From a virus (taxonomy: Duplodnaviria; Caudoviricetes): a DNA stretch of 44,571 nt. Under the pieces are notes generated by a model. That model saw nothing but the letters and a program-made list of their open reading frames with translations, was not told the origin of the DNA and did no database searches. Position 1 is the first letter of the stretch, and each line of letters begins with the position of its first letter. The DNA lies in IMG/VR virus record IMGVR_UViG_3300010358_000001, positions 1 to 44,571 of that record, one strand, 5' to 3'. The translations under genes and the position numbers were made by a program. Positions 1 to 8,620 of the stretch are shown here, in pieces.

Positions 1-123
1 AGATGTTGCCGCGGCGCACGCGAAGATGGATGAGCAGCCGGTGACGGAAGAGCCGGTCGGCGTGGTCGTCGAGGAGGAGCCGCCGCGGGCAATCCTGACC
101 GTCGAGGAGGCTGAGCTGTACGC
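1..123 (+). repeat. Terminal direct repeat, left copy (probably assembly overlap)
   Basis: Identical to 44449-44571 and lies inside an ORF that reads through the junction. Confidence 0.95.
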
Positions 124-352
124 CGCCGAGGTCGAGGAGCTGGGTCAGGAGGAAGCCGACGGCTGGGCCAACGTGCGTGCGGCCGAGGCCGCCCCGGCCC
201 CGGAGGCCGCGGTGCTGACCAACGGGCAGGTGATCGTGGAACGGGAGACGGTCGGCAGCGTGATCGACATGCTGCTGCTGCACGCGGCGATGAACAACAC
301 GCGGCGGGCGGAGGCAAAGGCAACAGCCCTGAAACTGCTGGGCATTGACTGA
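26..352 (+). CDS. Acidic 3' part of the junction-spanning C2H2 zinc-finger protein
   Basis: In frame with the 43613 ATG through the terminal repeat. Confidence 0.8.
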   Translation: MDEQPVTEEPVGVVVEEEPPRAILTVEEAELYAAEVEELGQEEADGWANVRAAEAAPAPEAAVLTNGQVIVERETVGSVIDMLLLHAAMNNTRRAEAKATALKLLGID

Positions 353-372
353 GAGGGAGTGGAGTAGACCTG

Positions 373-406
373 AGCCCCTCACCGCACTACGCGGTGGGGG
401 GCTTCT
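373..406. terminator. Stem-loop between convergent genes, putative terminator
   Basis: AGCCCCTCACCGC-ACTAC-GCGGTGGGGGGCT followed by TCT. Confidence 0.6.
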
Positions 407-418
407 GTCGTTCTTCAG

Positions 419-856
419 TCAGAGCTGGTCGTCGATCGAACCCAGCAGCTCGCTGAAGTTGAAATGCGTCGTTTTTTCAACAGAGCCGTTGCTTTTACCT
501 AGATCCCTTACTGCGCTTTCGTCTTGTAGTTCTTTCTCTCTCTGTCTCTGGGCTAGCGGCTTGCTAGCAGAAAACTCAATGAAACCCGCATGGTTGAGCC
601 GTTGCCAATGCTGACTACGTGCAGAACCTCTGCAGTTCCTCTGCACTTCCTCCGCAGTTACCTGTCCGTTGGAGGCCGCGAACTCCAGCCAGATCGTCAT
701 CAGCAGCCCGCGCTCGGCGACGTTCAGTGCGAGAAATTCCTGTTTGTGCAACAGCTCTGTGTACAGCTTGATCCAGGGCGGCGTGCGCTTGGAGTAGTGC
801 TGGAAGCGCGGCCAGTTCGGAACGATGATCCAGCTGTTGCTGTCCACGTCGAACAT
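419..856 (-). CDS. Putative replication initiator / replisome-organizer-like protein
   Basis: NWPRFQHYSKRTPPWIKLY resembles phage replication protein N-termini; GGAGG RBS. Confidence 0.55.
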   Translation of the reverse strand: MFDVDSNSWIIVPNWPRFQHYSKRTPPWIKLYTELLHKQEFLALNVAERGLLMTIWLEFAASNGQVTAEEVQRNCRGSARSQHWQRLNHAGFIEFSASKPLAQRQREKELQDESAVRDLGKSNGSVEKTTHFNFSELLGSIDDQL

Positions 857-864
857 CTGTTAGC
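849..864. promoter_or_regulatory. Imperfect Gram-positive-type SOS (LexA) box
   Basis: TCGAAC-ATCT-GTTAGC versus consensus TCGAAC-N4-GTTCGA; covers the start codon of the 419..856 gene. Confidence 0.4.
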
Positions 865-1000
865 CTCCTTCTAGTTCGTACGGCACCCGGTAGCTTGCGC
901 TCCGGGACGGACGGAATCAAGCCCCGGCTCTGGGTTAGCCTCCAGCCGGGGCTTGTTCGTGTTCGCCCTCTTGTTCGCAGACCTGGTAGGGTCGTTCGAT

Positions 1001-1210
1001 GTGTCCGAACAGCCGATCGACCGGAGTGCGATCCCCGACATCATCAGGGCCTCCACGCAGCTACGGGGCTTTCCTCCAACTGTTCGGGAGATCAGCCTGG
1101 TGCTCGGCTGCGTTGTCTCGACGGCCCACTACCATCTCGCGATCCTGCGAGCCGAGGGCGTTGTGGACTGGGAGCCCGGCACGCAGCGCACGCTCCACGT
1201 AATCCACTAG
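1001..1210 (+). CDS. Stand-alone LexA-type winged-HTH DNA-binding protein (no peptidase domain)
   Basis: RGFPPTVREISLVLG...STAHYHLAILRAEGVVDWEPGTQRTL matches the LexA N-domain pattern; start could be 953 or 1001. Confidence 0.8.
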   Translation: MSEQPIDRSAIPDIIRASTQLRGFPPTVREISLVLGCVVSTAHYHLAILRAEGVVDWEPGTQRTLHVIH

Positions 1211-1221
1211 GAGGTCGTGAT

Positions 1222-1731
1222 GTGGCGAAGGTTCTCGGCTTGGGCATTCCGTTGGCGCTCGGCGCCACGCTTTCGTGGCCGTTCCGAAGCACAGATCCCC
1301 CCGTTCCCGGAACACCACCGGTGAGCTACGTCACCGTGACGCAGATCACCCCCCAGCTCTACCAGGCCCACAACGCACGCTGGTGGGCCCACAGGGCCGT
1401 GCGAGCACGTCGGGAAGCCAACGGGCTGCACCGGGGGGTCAAACGCCTCCAGGGCGCTCTAAATGCATCACGTTACGATTGGAAGCCCACGGTGGACTAC
1501 GCCATCGACCTGGCTAGCCGGGTGTTCGGAGTGCCCGAGGCCAAGATGCGCGCCGTCGCATGGTGCGAGTCCACGATGCGGCCGTGGGCCTCCAACGGCC
1601 GCTACCACGGCCTGTTCCAGCTCGGCTGGGCCCCCTTCGGCCTGTCCCCGTACGACCCCGTGGCGAACGCCCTCTCCGCCGCGCAGACGGTTGCCCACGA
1701 CGGCTCGTGGAGACAATGGGCGTGCGGCTAG
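1222..1731 (+). CDS. Exported lytic transglycosylase, Rpf/SLT-like
   Basis: AGGAGG RBS then GTG; hydrophobic N-terminus; AVAWCES...NGRYHGLFQ...W.QW.C motif. Confidence 0.75.
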   Translation: MAKVLGLGIPLALGATLSWPFRSTDPPVPGTPPVSYVTVTQITPQLYQAHNARWWAHRAVRARREANGLHRGVKRLQGALNASRYDWKPTVDYAIDLASRVFGVPEAKMRAVAWCESTMRPWASNGRYHGLFQLGWAPFGLSPYDPVANALSAAQTVAHDGSWRQWACG

Positions 1732-1763
1732 CCCGGCATCGAACCGAGGAGTGGCAGTTCGGC

Positions 1764-1961
1764 ATGAACCGCTGGTACACGGAAGACCGTCCCCCGATGC
1801 AGCTGTACGCCGGGGTGGAGGTCGACGCGATGGTGGGACAACAGTGGCTGGCCGACGAAATGCACAAGCTGATGCTGCGCGCCGAAAAGCGTGCTACAGA
1901 GGTGAGGAATGGTGGAACTGCGGATCGTCCTCGATGGCGACGAGGAATCAAGACTTCTTGA
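1764..1961 (+). CDS. Hypothetical protein
   Basis: ATG downstream of GAGGAG; fills the gap in the operon. Confidence 0.45.
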   Translation: MNRWYTEDRPPMQLYAGVEVDAMVGQQWLADEMHKLMLRAEKRATEVRNGGTADRPRWRRGIKTS

Positions 1962-2056
1962 GCGCTGCGCCCATCTCGGCCTCGACCCCGAGGGCATGGT
2001 CAAACGCGCCCTGCTCGTGTTCATGGGGCTCACCGTGTCCGCCGAGGTGCTGATCT

Positions 2057-2413
2057 GTGCCCAAGAGCACGACGCGGACCTACGCGGGCTCGCTGAAGGA
2101 AGACGATTTCCTCAGCGCCGTGATCGACGCGGCGCGCCTGCAGGGCTGGACCGTGGCCCACTTCCGCAGCGTGCAGACACCCACCGGCTGGCGGACGCCG
2201 GTTCAGGCTGACGGCACCGGCTTCCCCGACCTTGTGCTAGTACGGCACAACCGGCTGATCTTCGCCGAGCTGAAAACGAAGACCGGAAGGCTCAGCGACG
2301 CTCAGATCGCGTGGCGCGAGCTACTGCTCGCCGTCGCTGGGGATTCCCCCCACGTGCAGGTCGAGGTGTGGAGGCCCGACGACTGGGACCTGATCCTCCG
2401 CGACCTCCACTGA
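2057..2413 (+). CDS. VRR-NUC family nuclease
   Basis: E..F...V...A...GW, GFPDLVLV, FAELK..TGRLS.AQ.AW motifs. Confidence 0.85.
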   Translation: MPKSTTRTYAGSLKEDDFLSAVIDAARLQGWTVAHFRSVQTPTGWRTPVQADGTGFPDLVLVRHNRLIFAELKTKTGRLSDAQIAWRELLLAVAGDSPHVQVEVWRPDDWDLILRDLH

Positions 2414-2581
2414 CTTTGTGACAGGGCGCAACTTAGTCTGGCGATTCTTACGCTTCTTTAACAATTCCTGTTTGCAAGTGGGGCACAAGGCGGGGATGGT
2501 GTCGATCGTCACCACCTGCCCGGAATCCACCGTCTCCCCACACCGCGAACACTCCACGCTGAGCACCGCCGTGAACGTCAC
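2321..2581 (-). CDS. Small zinc-ribbon protein
   Basis: CSRC...CPTC; start overlaps the upstream stop; 3' end overlaps the VRR-NUC gene. Confidence 0.5.
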   Translation of the reverse strand: MTFTAVLSVECSRCGETVDSGQVVTIDTIPALCPTCKQELLKKRKNRQTKLRPVTKSVEVAEDQVPVVGPPHLDLHVGGIPSDGEQ

Positions 2582-3627
2582 CCCGGCCCTCCCGAGTTCG
2601 CCAACACGATGTGGACATGGTCGGAATGGCCCCCGATCGCGCCCTTGTACACCCTGCCGTTCTTGATGAACAAGCCCGCCGGGTCGTAGAACAGCTCCGT
2701 GAACAGCTGCGGGTGGGCCAGCGCGTAGCGGTAGAACTGCTTCGCCTTCTCGGTGGGAGCCACGTCGATCGCCTCCCCGCGTAGGTGGTAGGAGTCCGGC
2801 ACGCCGCCCACAGCCTTGTTCTGCGCCTCCGAACGGTACCCCGAGGTGATCTGCAGCCCGTAGCGGTGCGCGACCGCGACCAGCCGCGTGTCCAGCTTCC
2901 CAGGACGAGACGTCGAGGCCCCCGGCAGGGAGGTGAGAGACCTGTCGGGAGCCGCCGACGAGGAAGTACCGACTGCGGAGGATTGTACCCCGTTCTGCCG
3001 GTTCAGATCGGCCAGCGTGGACTGGTAGCTCTGCAGCTTGCTGAGCAGACCCGGGATGTTCCCATCATGCATCTGCTGGGTCTGCTGCAGGCTGGAGATC
3101 AGCTGATGAGCGAAATCCGCCTGCGCCTGCGCGTACGTCGGGTTGCCGATCATGTCCGGCGAAGTGGGGAACGTCGCCGGGTGCAGCGTCAGCGTCGTGT
3201 CCAACGGCGCGCCTCCCCCCGGCATCGTCGCACCGTGCGCCAAGCCGCCGATCGAGCCCACGATGCGCAACGGGCCCGCGTAGAACGAAGCCCCCATCCC
3301 GCTGCGCTCCACCGCGGAGGCGGCCTCCCCGGGGGCAGCGTTGGGATGGGACCTCCAGTATGAAACGTAGTCGGGCAGGATCGCGTCGATGTTGGCCTGC
3401 GGATTCGTCACGCCACCAAGCCGATTCGCCTTGTTCACGTAACCGCTCGACAGCAGCTGAAACAAGCCCGTGGCGCCCGACGAGCGGTTGCGCACCGTGT
3501 TCGACAGCCCCGACTCCGCGTACGAGGCGGCGACCAGCTCCAGCGCCCGGTTCGGCGCCAACCCCGCGTGAATCCCCGACTGGTAGATGCGCCGCGCGTT
3601 GGAGACCTGGTTGGAATTAAGGGCCAC
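2578..3627 (-). CDS. Virion-associated peptidoglycan hydrolase: N-terminal SLT-like domain plus C-terminal peptidase M15
   Basis: AESGL...GATGLFQ; ITSGYRS...NKAVGG...SYHLRGEAID...H.DHVH; last large gene of the virion operon. Confidence 0.8.
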   Translation of the reverse strand: MALNSNQVSNARRIYQSGIHAGLAPNRALELVAASYAESGLSNTVRNRSSGATGLFQLLSSGYVNKANRLGGVTNPQANIDAILPDYVSYWRSHPNAAPGEAASAVERSGMGASFYAGPLRIVGSIGGLAHGATMPGGGAPLDTTLTLHPATFPTSPDMIGNPTYAQAQADFAHQLISSLQQTQQMHDGNIPGLLSKLQSYQSTLADLNRQNGVQSSAVGTSSSAAPDRSLTSLPGASTSRPGKLDTRLVAVAHRYGLQITSGYRSEAQNKAVGGVPDSYHLRGEAIDVAPTEKAKQFYRYALAHPQLFTELFYDPAGLFIKNGRVYKGAIGGHSDHVHIVLANSGGPG

Positions 3628-6600
3628 TGACCTTGATCCCCAGCCGCGACTGCAGCGCCGACACCACCGAGGACGGCATCGCCCCACGATTCTTCTCGAA
3701 GTAGACCTTCTCCAACGCCGTCGCAGCCTGCCCCATCTTCGCCTCGTACAGATTGTTCAACGCGTCCGTCGGGTACTGCTTGCGCTGCAACTTCTCCATC
3801 GCGTCCAGGAACACCTGCGGGTACACCACCTTGTCGCCCTTCAACGTCGCGTTCCACGACTTGTTGGGGATCTGCCCCAGGCGCGACATCAGCTTGAAAA
3901 CCGCAGCCAGCCGATCCACCGGACGCAGCGCCCCACCCACATGCGACTTCTCGTCGTCGTAGGCCTGCTGCAGGCCCTCCCACGCCTGCGCACCCGCCGT
4001 CCACGACGGAGGCAGCTGCGACAGCTGCGGCCTGCCGTGCTGCTTATTGAAGTCGTTGATCGCGCGCAGCGTGTCCTCCAGGTAGTACTGCCCCTTCGCC
4101 CGCGCCTGGCCCGCCGGACTCAACGTCGGCAGATACTGGCCGCGGTACCGAGAGCGCGCCTCCTGCAGATTGAACGGACGCGGCACCGCCACGCCGCCGA
4201 TCGCCATCCTCGCGATGTCCTTCGGCGTGTACGGGATCAGCACCTTCGACAGGTCGTACCGGTTCGCCGTGTTCAGCGCCGTGCCCTTCAGCAGGAACGG
4301 GCGGCCCTTGCCGGTCGCCCAGTACGCCGGGTTGGGAATTCCCGAACGCAGGAACGGGATGCCGCTCGTGAACCCGTAATGCAAGAACCTGCCGGGCATC
4401 GGAAGGATGCCGCCCGGCCCCGAGATCTTGCGCCCCGTCGACACGTCGTATTTGCCTGCCGCGGCGATCGTCCCTGCCAGGAACGGTGTCGCGTACTGCC
4501 CCAAATCCTCCGAGCCCGCCGCCCCCGAGCCCAAGCCCATCTCCAGAAGCTGGCCCGGCGTGCCGAGAATCGTGCCCGACTGCACGTTGCTGCCCAACGG
4601 CAGGTCACCCAAGCCCGGCACATTACGGGTGCCGGTGTGGATCAGGCCCTCCATGTACGTGGGGATCTCCGAGCCGAACCACTTCACGTTCTGGCGCTGA
4701 CCGTACTGCCCGAACTGGTTGGCGATCGCCGCCTGCACCGGATGATTCATCAAGTAATGCCCGGCGTACATCGACGAGCCCTTGTACCAGGGGTAGAAGT
4801 ACCAGGCCCGGCGCATCATCGTCGACTCGCGCGGACCCAGCCGCGTGTAGTCGATCGCCTCCCGGTTAGAGCGGCGACCGATGCGGATCAGATCGGCCTG
4901 CTTCGCGGGATCCGTCAGCAGATCGTGGACCTTCCCCGGCGTGTTGTATCCCTCGCGAAACGCCTCGTGGTAGAACGCCGCCTGCCGCCACGGCTTGTCG
5001 ATGATCGCCGACCAGACGCCCGCCGCCACCGCGTGCGCCCGGGCCACCGCCTGCGTCACCCGACCACCCACCACATCCCCCGACATCACCCGGCTCGGCC
5101 CCGAACCGACCACAATGTCACGCCGATCCTTCGCCAGCTGATCGAGATGCCGATTGATGTGCGGCAGGTCATACAGCAGCCTCTTGGGCAGCTTGATGCC
5201 CATCTGTGTGGCAGCCAGCACGATCTGCCCCACCGCATTGATCGCGTATTTCGGGGCCAAATACAGCTGGAAAGTCTGGGCCAAACGGTTCGCCGTGTCG
5301 ATCGCGTTGACGATCTTCCCCGGGTCGATCGGCTTGCCCTGCAACCCCGGGTTCTGGTTGTAGTACAGCGCGCGCCCCATGCGCTCCTGCTGCGGCCGCT
5401 CGATGTTGATCCGGTTCTCGATATACGGCTGGCGCAGGCGGTCCACGACCGTGGGAAACACGCGGCGCTGCAGCATGTTGAACTGCGTCATCTGCTGACG
5501 CTGCGACCACAACGCGTCGCGCACGTTGTTCACCTCGCGCACGTAATCCTCGGCGGCCTGCTGCTTGGTGATGAACCTGCCGTTGCGGCCCTTGACAACA
5601 CCCTTGCCGCCGAACCCGGCGCGCTCCGGACCGGCCAGCACATTACGCGCCGTGTCGTGCGCCGTCAGGTCGAGCCCCGCCTTGCGCGCCTCGGCGATTA
5701 CCTGCTTGTCGGTCAGCTGCGCGCCTGGCGCGATCTCCTCCACATGCGAATGCAGCGCCGAGTGGTAGCGCTGGATGTTGGTGCGCCCCCGGCCCGCCGG
5801 GATGCCCATGTTCTCCAGCACCCGGCGTTGCTTCTCCAGCGAGTTGAGGAAGCCGATCCCGTACGTCGCCGTCGCCCCCGACACCTCCTCCGGCGTGCCC
5901 CTGAGCGTCATCCCCGTCGCCCGGTCCACCACCTTCTGCACGCCGCGCGGGATCGGCGCCTTCGCGTACTGGGCCTCCTGCACCTCGCCCGTCAGCGGGT
6001 TGCGCAAGTAGCGCGGCCTGGCCTGCTGGATCGCGTTGTTGCGCGCCGCTGCCCGCGCCGCCGCCAGCACGCCCTCGTCACGGCTCAGCGCCCCCGCGAA
6101 CGCACCGGTGCGCGCTACCGCCGAAGCACCCAGGTTCGCCACTGCCGAAGCTGTCAACGCGATATTGCCCAGGTTGTGCATGGGGTCGTGGATCATCTGC
6201 CCCGTCTGGTGGTACATCCCCTTCGCCGCCGCGAGCGGGTGCTCGATCGAATACACAACCCCCGCGGGGGTGTTGATGAAGCCCTGCGCGATCTGGTTCA
6301 AGCCGATCAGGAACGGGTCGACCTTCAGCGCATGGCGTTGGCGCGCGACGACCTTCGCGGCGTTCACGAAGTCCTGCATGCGCACCCCGAAACCGGCCAG
6401 CGTCGGCTTCTGCTGCGACCAGTACAGCTTGCGCAGCGCGTCCTTGGATCGCGGCAGGACACCACGGTCGGCGTCCAGCAGCCGCTGCTCGTTGATGAAC
6501 TGCTCCTCGCCCTTCTGTGCGAGCAGCGCCTGCGTCGTGTTGAACGCCGTGGAGGAGGGCACGATCTGCTGGTTGCCACCCCCGAACTCGCCGTGGAATC

Positions 6601-7216
6601 CGGCAGGCATCGGCCCGCCACGCGCCGGACGCACCGACTGCTGCACCTGCTGCCACACCTGCTCCGCCGCGTTCGGCTGGCGCAGCAAGAACGGCGCGTT
6701 GCGCATGAAGTCGTGCTGCTGCGCCTTCGTCAGGTTCGCCGCGTAATCCTCCAGCGCACGCTGGGTCTGCGCGCCGTAGATGCCGTCGGTCGCGATGTTG
6801 TAACCGGTGTGGCGCAGCATGTGCTGCAGCTCCAACACCTTCCCCGGCTTGTTCAGGCCGCCGCCGAAGCGGCGCATGAACTCGTTCACCTGGCCGCGCC
6901 CCGGACCGCCGCCGGGCAGCGCGCCGCGGCGCACGTTGGAGCCCATCGTCCCCGTCGCGCCCTGCAGCAGCGGCTCGGCCAGCGACCCCGTGCCGTAGCG
7001 CACCAGGGCGGGCCGCGTGCGCTCCGTGCGCACCGGCTGCGGGCGCGGCATCGGAGCCTTCGCCCGTGGCGGTGTCGCACCAGCCAGGTTTGGACGAAAC
7101 GGCGTGCCGGGAAGCGGAGTCGGTGGGGGCGGCTTCTTCCTCCTCGGCGGAGGCGCAGGACGACCCATGCCGCCCCCATGCTCACCCACCACCGGAACCG
7201 CGCGTCTGCGCGCCAC
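3617..7216 (-). CDS. Large internal virion (ejection) protein with a peptidoglycan-binding domain
   Basis: 1199 aa; VLELQHMLRHTGY...DGIYGAQTQRAL is PG-binding-like; position after the tail genes. Confidence 0.65.
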   Translation of the reverse strand: MARRRAVPVVGEHGGGMGRPAPPPRRKKPPPPTPLPGTPFRPNLAGATPPRAKAPMPRPQPVRTERTRPALVRYGTGSLAEPLLQGATGTMGSNVRRGALPGGGPGRGQVNEFMRRFGGGLNKPGKVLELQHMLRHTGYNIATDGIYGAQTQRALEDYAANLTKAQQHDFMRNAPFLLRQPNAAEQVWQQVQQSVRPARGGPMPAGFHGEFGGGNQQIVPSSTAFNTTQALLAQKGEEQFINEQRLLDADRGVLPRSKDALRKLYWSQQKPTLAGFGVRMQDFVNAAKVVARQRHALKVDPFLIGLNQIAQGFINTPAGVVYSIEHPLAAAKGMYHQTGQMIHDPMHNLGNIALTASAVANLGASAVARTGAFAGALSRDEGVLAAARAAARNNAIQQARPRYLRNPLTGEVQEAQYAKAPIPRGVQKVVDRATGMTLRGTPEEVSGATATYGIGFLNSLEKQRRVLENMGIPAGRGRTNIQRYHSALHSHVEEIAPGAQLTDKQVIAEARKAGLDLTAHDTARNVLAGPERAGFGGKGVVKGRNGRFITKQQAAEDYVREVNNVRDALWSQRQQMTQFNMLQRRVFPTVVDRLRQPYIENRINIERPQQERMGRALYYNQNPGLQGKPIDPGKIVNAIDTANRLAQTFQLYLAPKYAINAVGQIVLAATQMGIKLPKRLLYDLPHINRHLDQLAKDRRDIVVGSGPSRVMSGDVVGGRVTQAVARAHAVAAGVWSAIIDKPWRQAAFYHEAFREGYNTPGKVHDLLTDPAKQADLIRIGRRSNREAIDYTRLGPRESTMMRRAWYFYPWYKGSSMYAGHYLMNHPVQAAIANQFGQYGQRQNVKWFGSEIPTYMEGLIHTGTRNVPGLGDLPLGSNVQSGTILGTPGQLLEMGLGSGAAGSEDLGQYATPFLAGTIAAAGKYDVSTGRKISGPGGILPMPGRFLHYGFTSGIPFLRSGIPNPAYWATGKGRPFLLKGTALNTANRYDLSKVLIPYTPKDIARMAIGGVAVPRPFNLQEARSRYRGQYLPTLSPAGQARAKGQYYLEDTLRAINDFNKQHGRPQLSQLPPSWTAGAQAWEGLQQAYDDEKSHVGGALRPVDRLAAVFKLMSRLGQIPNKSWNATLKGDKVVYPQVFLDAMEKLQRKQYPTDALNNLYEAKMGQAATALEKVYFEKNRGAMPSSVVSALQSRLGIKVSGP

Positions 7217-7219
7217 GGA

Positions 7220-8620
7220 TTAGCCCGGCCTTCCGGGGCCCGTCTTCGGCTGCTGAGTGCCGCCGCCCGGTGGGCGCGGATACCCCGACGGCGGGTAGTT
7301 GCCCGACTGGTAGAGGCGGATGTTCGGCCCCGTGTACCCGGCAACCGACAGCACGCTCAGCGCGTACGTGTAAACCCACAGGTTGCTGGCGTTCGGGTAG
7401 TAGTGGCGGATGTACGCGCTGATCGCGCTCATCGCCTTGTTCGGGTTCGTGATCCGCGTCGTGCCCGGAGGAGCGAAGCCGCCGCCCAGCGCAGCAAGCA
7501 CGTCGGAGCCCGCGTTCGACCCGCCCGTGCGGTACGCCGTCGCCAGCTGGATCGCCTTCGTGTAGATGTTGCTCGCCATCTTCGCCGCCGCGCCCGCCTT
7601 GCCGCCGCTGCGCGCCTTCAGCGCCGCCGCAGCCCGCGCGTTCGCCGCGTCGATCTGCTTCTGCGTGCGCGCGTCGATCTCGCCCTGGATAAACCGTGTG
7701 CGCGCGTCCGCCTCGTTAGCGGCGAAGATCTGCCGCTGGTTCTGCTGGCCCTGGTTGTAGATCGCCCGGTTCATCGAACCCTGGATCTGCGCCGTCGCCC
7801 GCTGATTCGCCCCCGTGATCGCCGCCATGTTCGACGCGAACGTGGAGCGCGCCACCGCCTTCTGCATCTCCTGGTTCAGCAGCTGGTTGTAGATCTGCTG
7901 CGTCATCCCCGGGATCGAGGAGCGGATCTTGTCCGTCGCGTTGGCGAGCGCCAGGTTCGACTGCGTGGTCAGCGCACGCCGGTTGTACAGCTTCTGCGCC
8001 TGCGCGATCACCGGCAGGAAGCGCGCGAAGGCGAGGTTGCCGGAGCCCGTGTTCGCCACGCCCTGCCCGATCACCGCGCCACGCGCCGCGCCCTGCTGCG
8101 CCAGCGACTGGCCGAACTGCGACGCCGCCTGGGAGAACGCACCGGGCGCGTTCGCCACCCCGGTCTGCTGGGCCGAGAGGGCATTCGCGGCGCTCGACGT
8201 GGCGGCGTTCATGCCACCCGTGAGCACCGCGTTCGCGGCATCCGACTGTCGCTGCGCCGCGTCGTAGATCGACGCGATGTCGCGCGGGATCGGCGCCACG
8301 AACTGCGAGTACGTGTTCGCCGCCGTGTTCTGCTGGGCGAGTTGCTGGGCGAGCTGCCGCCGCGACTGCGCGATCGTGGACTTCATCAACGGGTTGATCT
8401 GCGAGTTGACAAGCGCGTTGGCCTGCACGCGCAGCTGCTGCGGCGTGGAGGGCGCCAGCGCGTCGACCGGCTGCGGCGTGGAACGGGCGACGATCGCCGC
8501 GCGCCGCCGGTTCACGTACTTCACGTAGCGGTTGTAGGCGCCCGAGCCGGGGGCGCCGAATCGGGCGCCGTACCGATTGTAAAACTGCTGCTTCGTGAGG
8601 CGGGGACTGAAGACCGGCAT
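7220..8620 (-). CDS. Putative internal virion/ejection protein
   Basis: 466 aa, Ala/Gln-rich and helical-looking; synteny. Confidence 0.55.
   Translation of the reverse strand: MPVFSPRLTKQQFYNRYGARFGAPGSGAYNRYVKYVNRRRAAIVARSTPQPVDALAPSTPQQLRVQANALVNSQINPLMKSTIAQSRRQLAQQLAQQNTAANTYSQFVAPIPRDIASIYDAAQRQSDAANAVLTGGMNAATSSAANALSAQQTGVANAPGAFSQAASQFGQSLAQQGAARGAVIGQGVANTGSGNLAFARFLPVIAQAQKLYNRRALTTQSNLALANATDKIRSSIPGMTQQIYNQLLNQEMQKAVARSTFASNMAAITGANQRATAQIQGSMNRAIYNQGQQNQRQIFAANEADARTRFIQGEIDARTQKQIDAANARAAAALKARSGGKAGAAAKMASNIYTKAIQLATAYRTGGSNAGSDVLAALGGGFAPPGTTRITNPNKAMSAISAYIRHYYPNASNLWVYTYALSVLSVAGYTGPNIRLYQSGNYPPSGYPRPPGGGTQQPKTGPGRPG

Noticed and set aside
1-123. Terminal repeat as the biological genome end
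   Set aside because: It falls mid-gene and has a k-mer-like length; more likely an assembly overlap
1909-2211. 100-aa ORF with a good RBS
   Set aside because: Overlaps VRR-NUC by about 155 bp and also the 1764 ORF; could be real but cannot be resolved from sequence alone
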